From a virus (taxonomy: Duplodnaviria; Caudoviricetes): a DNA stretch of 25,206 nt. The stretch is taken from the IMG/VR virus record IMGVR_UViG_3300031999_000176, positions 1-25,206 of that record; one strand, 5' to 3'. Positions 14,763 through 23,455 of this stretch are shown in pieces. The notes below the pieces were generated by a model, which saw only the letters and a list, made by a program, of their open reading frames with translations, made no database searches and was not told the origin of the DNA. Position 1 is the first letter of the stretch. Each line of letters opens with the position of its first letter. Position numbers and translations under genes: made by a program.

Positions 14763-15060
14763 TTCTTTCTTCCTCTTCTGCTGTTAATATTAACTTATCC
14801 ATATACTGCCTAGCTTTGTATAAGTCTTTGAGTTTGTCTTTCCTTTTCCATCTTGTTACATACTTTACAATATTACCTTCACACCATCCAAGACCATTGG
14901 AAATAATATAATCCCATGGCTGAATCTTTTGTGATACATAATGACTTCCGCCCACTTGTATGCTATCTATGTTTGCTACATTAGCATCAAATGTCTTTTC
15001 ATAATCTTCGTAGGTAAACTCTGAAGACCAGTTATAATGTGTTTCAGCACCTTTACTCAT
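14749..15060 (-). CDS. DUF3310 family protein (T7 gp1.7-like nucleotide kinase)
   Basis: QVGGSHY...IQPWDYI...GNIVKYVTR...DLYKA.QY. Confidence 0.85.
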   Translation of the reverse strand: MSKGAETHYNWSSEFTYEDYEKTFDANVANIDSIQVGGSHYVSQKIQPWDYIISNGLGWCEGNIVKYVTRWKRKDKLKDLYKARQYMDKLILTAEEEERNERI

Positions 15061-15932
15061 CCTTGTTTCTCCAAATAAGTTTGATATTGTTTACACCATT
15101 TATTCACTAAGCAATAATCCTTACACCTAGTTCTATCGCCCTTGCGTTCTTGTATCTCATAACCATCACCAGATTCTTTTTTTGCTACTTCAGCCAATTC
15201 TAATGAGTCATGTAAAGACTTGGCTCTTACACCGCCTTGCTTCATAACCGCCCATACAGGTGGCTTTTCCCACATCTCTTGGGGTGTGCAATCTGGAAGT
15301 TCAGCTTCAGTCTCCGATGCAAACTCAGCTGCACTATGTTTAGCAATACGACCTTTGATGAAAGCTTCTTGCTCTTCAAATGTCCATAATGGAATATCAA
15401 CTAATGTTACATTTCTTTGTGGATAGTCTGGCTTGCGCTCAGCTTCACGCTTTGACCAATCTTTTAAGATAGCTACAATTTGTAATGACTTTACTAGTTG
15501 CTTCTTATTCTTACTGACCAAGTATCCATAGATATTAAGTTGTTGTTCCCACTCTGGCTTATCATTCATCACAGCCCATACAGATGTAGTCTTATAGTCT
15601 TTAATGTTAATACCATCTTTTTCTATATGTTGTAGGTCAATAGCACCAGATACAACCCAACCATCAACTTCCGTAGATAGACGCTGTTCAACGATGTTAT
15701 GCTCATCTGCACCTTTTTCTAGTACATTATGGACTGCTGAACCAAAAATAGACCATATCATATCTGATACATCTTGTGTAAGTTCATCATCATACTTCTT
15801 TAATAGCGTAACTATCTTTGGACTATTAAGTAAACTTGTAGCTGATATGTGTGCCTTACCTTTTGAGTAGCTAGGGTTCTTAGCTATATTGACAAATGGC
15901 GCAGGTAAATTAAATTGATTGGTTATCTTCAT
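15057..15932 (-). CDS. PD-(D/E)XK exonuclease (RecB/Cas4-like)
   Basis: ISATSL, GSAVH, SGAIDL, DYKTT, QLNIY, C-terminal CKDYC...C. Confidence 0.85.
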   Translation of the reverse strand: MKITNQFNLPAPFVNIAKNPSYSKGKAHISATSLLNSPKIVTLLKKYDDELTQDVSDMIWSIFGSAVHNVLEKGADEHNIVEQRLSTEVDGWVVSGAIDLQHIEKDGINIKDYKTTSVWAVMNDKPEWEQQLNIYGYLVSKNKKQLVKSLQIVAILKDWSKREAERKPDYPQRNVTLVDIPLWTFEEQEAFIKGRIAKHSAAEFASETEAELPDCTPQEMWEKPPVWAVMKQGGVRAKSLHDSLELAEVAKKESGDGYEIQERKGDRTRCKDYCLVNKWCKQYQTYLEKQG

Positions 15933-16213
15933 GCTTCGCAGTTTCCACTAGGACACATAACATTACTTAACATAGCCTCTCCTAATTCATCATAGGCCTT
16001 GTCTTTAGCTATTGCATCAGCTGATCTACATACATCATCTAATAAGTTGTATTCATTTTCCATACAACGCATCTTAATCTTCAACCCACGATTACGACCA
16101 TGATCTGCTAATACAGATGTAATAAATTCTGTTTGCTCAATAGTCTTCTTTTCTAAGTCTATATATTGTGCATCTTCCATTTCTATTTCAGCTAAAACTA
16201 AAAATCTTTTCAT
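15929..16213 (-). CDS. phage hypothetical protein
   Basis: GGAGG SD, ATGA overlaps at both ends. Confidence 0.7.
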   Translation of the reverse strand: MKRFLVLAEIEMEDAQYIDLEKKTIEQTEFITSVLADHGRNRGLKIKMRCMENEYNLLDDVCRSADAIAKDKAYDELGEAMLSNVMCPSGNCEA

Positions 16214-16344
16214 TTTTTCTTATCCCTCCAGATTTGTTCACACTGTTGTTGCGTGTGAGTTTTTAAACATTCCTTAAAGTCAGCTCTTTCAGCATTCCCC
16301 CAAAAGAAACATAACAACTGTATAATAGCGTTTAAGGCATCCAT
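16210..16344 (-). CDS. small hypothetical protein (44 aa, not in ORF track)
   Basis: MDALNAIIQLLCFFWGNAERADFKECLKTHTQQQCEQIWRDKKK*; first gene after the promoter; ATGA overlap with next gene. Confidence 0.6.
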   Translation of the reverse strand: MDALNAIIQLLCFFWGNAERADFKECLKTHTQQQCEQIWRDKKK

Positions 16345-16355
16345 AATGAAATGAC

Positions 16356-16384
16356 ATAGTGGCATATAATAAAATACATGTCAA
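16356..16384 (-). promoter_or_regulatory. sigma70 promoter of the recombination operon
   Basis: TTGACA (16384-16379), 17 nt spacer, TG-C-CACTAT (16361-16356). Confidence 0.65.
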
Positions 16385-16388
16385 TAGG

Positions 16389-16418
16389 TTGTACCCATAT
16401 ATTTTCATGTGTTATAAT
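16389..16418 (+). promoter_or_regulatory. sigma70 promoter of rusA
   Basis: TTGTAC (16389-16394), 18 nt spacer, TG-T-TATAAT (16413-16418). Confidence 0.7.
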
Positions 16419-16425
16419 AATCGTT

Positions 16426-16782
16426 ATGAGTACAATAAAAATTACATTACCATACCCTCCATCAGTAAATCATTACTGGGGTCAAGTAGGATCTAAGAAG
16501 TTTCTTGGAAAGAAGGGAAAAGAGTTTAGAGAAGCAGTGTTTATTGCCGTCTATAACGCACGGCAAGGGGTATTAAACGGACGATTGCATATGGAGGTAT
16601 ACCTGTACCCTCCAGATAAAAGAAAACGGGATGTAGATAACGTTTTAAAGCCCTTGTTGGATGCTATGGAACATGCTGGGTGTTATGAGAATGATTCTCA
16701 AATAGATAAGCTTTGTATTACTAGACGGGAAGTTATGCCACAAGGATCTTGCTATGTGGAGATAAAGGTTATTGATTCCTAA
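16426..16782 (+). CDS. rusA: RusA family Holliday junction resolvase
   Basis: LPYPPSVNHYW, RDVDNVLK..LD, NDSQI motifs; ATG16426 lies downstream of the promoter. Confidence 0.9.
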   Translation: MSTIKITLPYPPSVNHYWGQVGSKKFLGKKGKEFREAVFIAVYNARQGVLNGRLHMEVYLYPPDKRKRDVDNVLKPLLDAMEHAGCYENDSQIDKLCITRREVMPQGSCYVEIKVIDS

Positions 16783-19700
16783 TTTTTTCTAATTGGTCGT
16801 TAAAACGATTCATTAAGATGATCTTCTTGTTATCAAGTCTATCAATCTGTTCTTGCGGACGACCAGCCATTTGGAATTTCTTCTTAGTAGCATTAATGTC
16901 ATTGATCTTTGCTTCATACTGCTCAGCAAATTTGTATGCTCTAGCTTCTGGATGCTCTTGCATGTATTCACGTTTGGCTACTGGGTCTTTACTTAAGTTC
17001 TTTAATGTAAGCTCATGCTCATACATAGCATTAATGTTGTTATAGAATCTTGAGGTAATGACTGGCTTAGAATCTAGCTCGCCTTGGAAGCGACCTAGCA
17101 CCGGTACTTTGTATGCTGGCACTTCTTCTCCAGTTTGTTTAGCCTCAATATACTTAGCTGTTTTAGCCACGCTACCAACTACTGGGCCAGTGACTGAGGA
17201 TACTAAGAAGTCTATATCATCTCCAGTAGGGCTCCATGCACCCTTAGCAAAATCAGTCCCACCAGTCATCAAGTTCATTATTCTAGCAAATTCTTTACCA
17301 GCCGATGTACCAGTTTCTTTGGTTCTTAAGTATCCTGGCGTAGGTCTTGTGTATGAGTCTTGTCTTGATATATTTTGACCAAATGAATTCTTATTAGTTA
17401 ATCCAACGCCTATGATAGGTTCTACTGCTGAAGGCACTAATGCGTTTAATGATAAACCTTGATTACCAAATGGGCTAAATGTAGAAAATAATGAATTTGT
17501 CCAAGCCATAGCTTTTTTGCCAGCTTTAGCTTTTTGGAAACCATTCTTATCTACATCTAAAGCATATTCAGTAAATATTCTTCCAGTATTAGGTAAAATG
17601 TTTAAACCGTATGGCATAGGGATAGTAATATATTTACCATCACCAGTAGGAATAATAAGGTTATGTTCTCTAATATACTCTGGAGGATCATCCTCTTTAA
17701 ATCCAGCTGCTGCCATCATCATAGCTTGCATAACACCTAAAAGAATGCCACCAGAAATAATTCTTCCACCAGAAGGACCTCTTAAAGTTTCAGCTAATCT
17801 TACTGAGCCACGCACAGATGCATTAAAGAATAGGTATAGTGATCTTAAGGCGCCAGTTCTTGAACCTTTTTTGTCAAAGTTAATAGTTAAGTTTTTAGCA
17901 ACGCTTGCAGATTGTTGTGGTGAATAACCAGCTTCACGCATTTGTTGATATGTAGCTAAGCGAACACCATTTTCAATCATAGATGCAAAGTCGTAAGTCA
18001 TGCCAATGATGTATCTAAATGCCTTCTTAGAGTTGCCATCTTTAAACTGATTAAGTGTTTGATCTATGTATGACTTGTCTTCACCAGTGTTTAGGATTGC
18101 GTATCTGTTTGATGTTTGGAATCCAGCTTCGGTAGCTTCTTTATATATTCTTTGCCATTCTGAGTTAGCACTTCCATCACTAGCTCGTTCTTGTCTTAAA
18201 ACACCCATAATACCCTTCATTGCTGGGAATATTTTTGCTGATACTTGGAGCTGTTTACCACGCACTGGCGTTGTAGATAAGTTAGCCATACCAAATGGAT
18301 AGTCTCTGAGGCCGTTGACAATACTGAAGATAGGATTTAATACAGTATATAACTGACCAAAGTAATGATTAACAAATCTGTTAAGTCTTAAGAATGTACC
18401 AAGTGTTTGTGAGTCTAAGTTCTTTAATGTCCTAACCATAGTGACCGCATCTGGGTCTTTTTGGTTAAAGAACACATAGCGTTCACGACCATTAATCTTT
18501 AATGTAAGAACATTGTCGCCAAATCTAGCGTTACGGCTGATACGAGCATCTACAACTTCTTTGGTATTTGGTATTGGAAGACCTGTAGTTGGGTCAATTA
18601 CAAAGTCAGATGGTCTTACTTTGCGTAAGTATCTTTCTTTAGGCTCAGCCATGAGGTTATCAGCAATACCTTCTGGGTCTGGGTAACCCATATCTGCAAG
18701 CTCTTGTACAAGCTTTTCACGGCTATGGATAGCGTCTGGATTAATTGCCATCCAAAAGTCTGGGTTAGGATTCTCTAATGCAAGTCTATATACAGCCTTA
18801 CCTACTTCATTATTTTTAGCACGAGCAATAGCTCTTTCTCTTTGATAGAGTATTGCATCAATAGGATTGATAATTGCTTTTTCAGATCCCATAGCTCGTT
18901 TAGCAAAGTTACCACGCACATCAACGCCCACCCCAGTTCTTAAACCAGATGGAACGGCTTGTTGTTCTTGCTCACGATTCAATGGAACATAGTCTGGGAA
19001 TAGTTCTCTCCATAGGTCAATCGTTTCTTGTGTTTCTTGACCAGACTCTACGAGTAGTTCTTGTGTCCTGTCCCTTATTGCATACCACTTATCAGCAATA
19101 GACTCTAATACTTTTGTGCGTTCTTGATCTAGGTTATTAAGATAATTATTAGCATCTTCTGTAGTCATGCCAGATGCACGATCTTTTAAATCATAAGGAA
19201 TAATATTGCCTTGTGCATCAACTCTATGGTTGATATCATTCATTCTCTTATTGTATGCTTCAGCGTGTCTTGCGTGTAGGTATTGTTTGATGTCTTCTAA
19301 AGATACATTATTAGCTAACATTTCTTTAAGAATAGGATTAACTTCTTCATTAGCAAAGCGTAGAAGCTGATCTGAAATTCGGCTGTTCTTAAGTTCTTGT
19401 TTCTTTTCAGCATCAGACATATCACTAATAGAGTTGCCTACGGCTTTAATAGCCTTTTGAACTTTAGTAATAGTTACATGTTCATCAGCCCACTCTTGAA
19501 ACCACTTACTTAATGCTGTAGCAATCCTACCACGCTCTGGTATTTCCCATTTGCGAATATCTACTGGATCACCACGATAATTAAATATTTGTCTTGTTTG
19601 TTGTTCGTCTTGAGCTTCTCCCTCAGTCATCGGTCTTTCATTTGCCGTAATATATTCACTACGACTGAGGAATGTTCCTCTGTTTCCAGATGCTGATTTA

Positions 19701-22700
19701 ATTTGATTTGAGTCAAACGCAACCCAATGATTGCCTTCACGCATTCCATCATAACCACCAGCTCTAATAACCTCTTGCTCGGCTTTTGGATCCATGGCAG
19801 TAAATGGGAGTCTTCCCCTATCTACAAGCTCTTCTACTTTAGATTTAACATATTCTGGATCAGCTTTTCCAGTTCTTAGCATATGCTTTGTAAGTGCTTT
19901 TTCATATGCTTTTTCCATACTATAGCTAATGTAGTTTTTACCTTTAGAATTGTATGGGTTTCTAATGCTAAGATACACTGGCATTACATTAGCACCCTCA
20001 ATCAACTGATTTTTTTCTATAGTTTCATTAACACTATCTAATTTAGTGGTAGCATATTCTGAAGCTTCTTTTGGATCTGGGGTAAAGTAAAATCCTTCAA
20101 CATTAAGACCTCTGTTTGCTTTAGTAGATGGTTCAAATACATCAAATGATTTTGTTGTTCCATGATACATAATCATTGGAGAGCCATCTTCATTCTTAAC
20201 TTTAGAACCCATAAACCATTTCTTAAAGTTTACTGATTCAATCTGCTTTTTATTTTCTGTATCAGCATCTAATGGATTACCAGCATCATATCTATATCCT
20301 TCTAATGTTTTACCAGTAAATAAGTCACTAGATAAATCCATAACTTCATCAAAGACTGATCTGTCTTTAGCTGTATTAATACCCATTGCCTTCATCATAT
20401 TGCTTACAATGGTTTTAAGATTATCAAATATAGATGTTGCTTCTGACTTATCAAATACTGGATCAAGACTTTTTAGACGCTTAATAAAATCTACATCACT
20501 AAATGCTTCAGCTATAAATTCATCTAAGTTGGTGTTTCCATAATTTTGCCACTTACCCCTAATCTTTTTATCACCTTTTCTTGATGCTTGTAATAATTTA
20601 TTAAGTTTTTGCACTTTAGGATCATTAGGGTACATTGTAATATAATGATTGGTGGCTGCATGAATGCCTTCATGGATTAATGTAGGCAGATCTGCGTTAG
20701 CAAATAATGCTAATATATTTTCTGTGCGCCTATAAAAACCAAGAGTACTGTTATATTTACCACCTACAATATATGGATCCATGAATAAATGAGCTTTCAT
20801 TACTGGATCAATCTTCATGAGATGCTTAATAATATCTATATACATCTCTATCTGTGGTTTAGATAAGCGAAATAATGCTGGATCTTTACCAGTGTACTCT
20901 TCAACCTTTTCTTTATCAGAAATGCTTGTAAATACCATTTCATATTCATTACTAACAATAGCTTTTTCAAGCCTAGCTAATATATCTTTTAATGCACCAC
21001 CAAGTGTTTCATGTTGATTAATAGATTGCTGGAATGGATTAAGCCCTGGTTTTCTTTTTCTAGTATATTTGTGTGTAAGCTTTCCACGAGATCTATTGAT
21101 GTGTTCTAAATACTCTTTAGATAATCTTTCATTGTCAGCTTGTTTTTCTTCTTGTGATTTAACACGCTTTAATGTGTATGTAATAGATCCATCTGTGTTA
21201 AGACCTCTATTAAAGAATTTATCAAGGTAGCCGACACCTAATCTTGCTTCTATCCCTTTAACGCTTAATCTACTTGATGGATTATGAATGGTAAAGCTTT
21301 CAATAGCCCTATGAGCTGTATCGTATGCTAGGTAATCATTGTCCCCTATTTTATTTCCAGATAATGTGTCTGGTCTAAATTCTACAGATACTTGGTTTAC
21401 ATTCTTATTTTTTGGTAGTGTTTTGTTTTTATCTGATGTGACAGGATATTTTGAACTCACCATATTTGTATATGATGTACCGCTCTTATCTCCAAATAAA
21501 TTGTACAACATCCCCATAACGCCATTTAAGTCTGTTTTGGCATACATAGGCTTATCTGTACTAATTGGGGCAAAACTAAATCCAGCTGCTTGAGCGCCAG
21601 AAACTGTTGTTAATGGATGTTCTTTACCATTACTATCTATAACTTGACCTACAGGCTCTATTGGTTTGGGAGTAGTACTTACTGTAGGGGGAGTTTCTTC
21701 TTCAACTGGAGGAGTTTCTTCTACTGGTGGCTTTTCTTCTGTAGGGGGAACTTGTGGTTCAGCTGGTTGAGTTTCTACTGGAGGTGCAGGTTCAACTGGT
21801 GGTTGGAATATAGGAGGCACTTGAATAGGTTTGCCATCTAGCTCTCCTAATGCACCTTCTACATCTTGTGATCCAGTAACCGTAGGTTTACCAATAGACA
21901 CACCATAACCTTGCGCTAAACCCCCTGCATTACCAGTATTTGATTTTAAGAAATCATATTCAGCTTGTTCTTGTGGTGTAAGAGGTGTAGCAGGAGTTGT
22001 TTCTGTACCAGCAATCTTTGTTTCTAGCTCTTGTAGGCGTGTTGTAGCATGAGTTAGTAATTGTTCTGGAGTCACCACATTTGGTTGTGGTGTTGTCGGG
22101 GGCGTAGTTGGTGTGGGTGTTGATGTTGTAGTGGTAGGCGCTGGTTGAGTTGTTGTTGGTTGTTCTGTTTCTGTTGGTGGCTTTTCTCCGCTTACTCCAG
22201 TTAATGCATCTTTTAAATCTTTTATAGTTTGAGCTTGTTTAGCTTCTTTAACATTTCCTCTGTATGTAGATACAGCTTCAAATGGAGCACCAGCAATTTC
22301 TCCTATTGCTTCTTCAGCAATAGCTCTTGGATTAACTGGTTGTCCGCTAGCTACAGATCCTATGCCTTCACCAGCTCCGCCATAAAATCCTTGTTTACCA
22401 ATTTCTTTACCCACTTCTTTTGCTGTGTCTTTGGCTATCTTAAACGCTCCCTTACCAGCATTTTCCATAATTTTATCTAAAGCCTTACCAGCCGAGCTAA
22501 ATGATAACTTGTCAAAAAAACCGATGATAGAAGATTTTGTAGCTGCGCTTGCTGTTGCTTCTTCGTTAGACATGCCCTGCTGTCTTAACTGAACATACTC
22601 TTGACCAAACTCCATGAATGCTGAAGTAGTTGCACCAGTATAGGCTGCAGCTGTAGGGCTTCCAGTAGAGAAGTATGCTGCTATTGCTGAGGCTGCCATT

Positions 22701-23428
22701 ACCAATGAAGATGGTAAGCTTTCTAAACCAACATGAGCTACATATTCTGGAAAACGGTCTATATTATTAACAAGCTCTTTACCATATAACTTAGTCTGTT
22801 TAAATGTGTCAGCATTTTGATACTCTGGAGTAGCTTCTAATGCATCTAGCTTTTTAGATAACGTAGGAACACTCTTGCTATATTTTTCTTCGGTAGCTTG
22901 TATATTTGATAAATTTTGTTCTTTATCATTCAAATGACCTTGAATAGCTAGCTGAGTTTGTTTTATTTGTTTTATTACATTTGGTGGTGCATTCTCAAAA
23001 TTAGGCCCATACTGTTCTCTTTTAGCCTCTGTAAGCTGAGTGAGTTGAGTGATCATTTGATCATGGTAAGCATTTTTTGCGTTAAGAATACCTGTGGCTG
23101 CTGAAGATATATACGGATGTTTGGCTTCCTCATCATACTTACCTATAGCTTCTTGTACTGGTTTAACTAAGTAATCTTTAATAGTATCAGCTATGCCAGT
23201 TTCTGGCTTTTCAGCTGCTACACCTTGGAATGTTTGTGGAATTAAGGCTTTTGAATCTAATGCAGATGGAGTAGGGGCGACACTAGGCACTCCTGCTGAT
23301 GAAGCCGCAGGTTGCGTAGCCTTAATGGTAGGCATAATGTTATTCGTAATAGCATTCTCAATTTCTTGATTTGACATGCTATCTGGAAACGCAACATTAC
23401 CATACCCTAATATTTCTATGATTGGCAT
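16769..23428 (-). CDS. large polyvalent (probable virion/ejection) protein with metallopeptidase, ADP-ribosyltransferase-like and LPD38-like regions
   Basis: 2219 aa; HEGIH...LDEFIAEAF; FKKWF.GSKV...YHGT...GFYFT...VMPVYL...GYDG...NQIKSA; YLFFNASV...IPMPYG; Pro/Thr-rich linker. Confidence 0.8.
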   Translation of the reverse strand: MPIIEILGYGNVAFPDSMSNQEIENAITNNIMPTIKATQPAASSAGVPSVAPTPSALDSKALIPQTFQGVAAEKPETGIADTIKDYLVKPVQEAIGKYDEEAKHPYISSAATGILNAKNAYHDQMITQLTQLTEAKREQYGPNFENAPPNVIKQIKQTQLAIQGHLNDKEQNLSNIQATEEKYSKSVPTLSKKLDALEATPEYQNADTFKQTKLYGKELVNNIDRFPEYVAHVGLESLPSSLVMAASAIAAYFSTGSPTAAAYTGATTSAFMEFGQEYVQLRQQGMSNEEATASAATKSSIIGFFDKLSFSSAGKALDKIMENAGKGAFKIAKDTAKEVGKEIGKQGFYGGAGEGIGSVASGQPVNPRAIAEEAIGEIAGAPFEAVSTYRGNVKEAKQAQTIKDLKDALTGVSGEKPPTETEQPTTTQPAPTTTTSTPTPTTPPTTPQPNVVTPEQLLTHATTRLQELETKIAGTETTPATPLTPQEQAEYDFLKSNTGNAGGLAQGYGVSIGKPTVTGSQDVEGALGELDGKPIQVPPIFQPPVEPAPPVETQPAEPQVPPTEEKPPVEETPPVEEETPPTVSTTPKPIEPVGQVIDSNGKEHPLTTVSGAQAAGFSFAPISTDKPMYAKTDLNGVMGMLYNLFGDKSGTSYTNMVSSKYPVTSDKNKTLPKNKNVNQVSVEFRPDTLSGNKIGDNDYLAYDTAHRAIESFTIHNPSSRLSVKGIEARLGVGYLDKFFNRGLNTDGSITYTLKRVKSQEEKQADNERLSKEYLEHINRSRGKLTHKYTRKRKPGLNPFQQSINQHETLGGALKDILARLEKAIVSNEYEMVFTSISDKEKVEEYTGKDPALFRLSKPQIEMYIDIIKHLMKIDPVMKAHLFMDPYIVGGKYNSTLGFYRRTENILALFANADLPTLIHEGIHAATNHYITMYPNDPKVQKLNKLLQASRKGDKKIRGKWQNYGNTNLDEFIAEAFSDVDFIKRLKSLDPVFDKSEATSIFDNLKTIVSNMMKAMGINTAKDRSVFDEVMDLSSDLFTGKTLEGYRYDAGNPLDADTENKKQIESVNFKKWFMGSKVKNEDGSPMIMYHGTTKSFDVFEPSTKANRGLNVEGFYFTPDPKEASEYATTKLDSVNETIEKNQLIEGANVMPVYLSIRNPYNSKGKNYISYSMEKAYEKALTKHMLRTGKADPEYVKSKVEELVDRGRLPFTAMDPKAEQEVIRAGGYDGMREGNHWVAFDSNQIKSASGNRGTFLSRSEYITANERPMTEGEAQDEQQTRQIFNYRGDPVDIRKWEIPERGRIATALSKWFQEWADEHVTITKVQKAIKAVGNSISDMSDAEKKQELKNSRISDQLLRFANEEVNPILKEMLANNVSLEDIKQYLHARHAEAYNKRMNDINHRVDAQGNIIPYDLKDRASGMTTEDANNYLNNLDQERTKVLESIADKWYAIRDRTQELLVESGQETQETIDLWRELFPDYVPLNREQEQQAVPSGLRTGVGVDVRGNFAKRAMGSEKAIINPIDAILYQRERAIARAKNNEVGKAVYRLALENPNPDFWMAINPDAIHSREKLVQELADMGYPDPEGIADNLMAEPKERYLRKVRPSDFVIDPTTGLPIPNTKEVVDARISRNARFGDNVLTLKINGRERYVFFNQKDPDAVTMVRTLKNLDSQTLGTFLRLNRFVNHYFGQLYTVLNPIFSIVNGLRDYPFGMANLSTTPVRGKQLQVSAKIFPAMKGIMGVLRQERASDGSANSEWQRIYKEATEAGFQTSNRYAILNTGEDKSYIDQTLNQFKDGNSKKAFRYIIGMTYDFASMIENGVRLATYQQMREAGYSPQQSASVAKNLTINFDKKGSRTGALRSLYLFFNASVRGSVRLAETLRGPSGGRIISGGILLGVMQAMMMAAAGFKEDDPPEYIREHNLIIPTGDGKYITIPMPYGLNILPNTGRIFTEYALDVDKNGFQKAKAGKKAMAWTNSLFSTFSPFGNQGLSLNALVPSAVEPIIGVGLTNKNSFGQNISRQDSYTRPTPGYLRTKETGTSAGKEFARIMNLMTGGTDFAKGAWSPTGDDIDFLVSSVTGPVVGSVAKTAKYIEAKQTGEEVPAYKVPVLGRFQGELDSKPVITSRFYNNINAMYEHELTLKNLSKDPVAKREYMQEHPEARAYKFAEQYEAKINDINATKKKFQMAGRPQEQIDRLDNKKIILMNRFNDQLEKIRNQ

Positions 23429-23455
23429 AGTGGGTTTTATTACTTTCTAAATTTA

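Noticed and set aside
10429-15870. + strand track ORFs 10429..10695, 12069..12263, 12720..12902, 12838..13026, 15220..15426, 15604..15870
   Set aside because: Antisense shadows of the - strand operon
15057-15932. Cas4-like nuclease as evidence of CRISPR-Cas
   Set aside because: No other cas genes or array; context next to ERF and SSB indicates a recombination exonuclease
21650-22190. Short imperfect direct repeats (e.g. ACTGGAGGAGTTTCTTC)
   Set aside because: Explained by the PPVEE/PTT low-complexity protein linker
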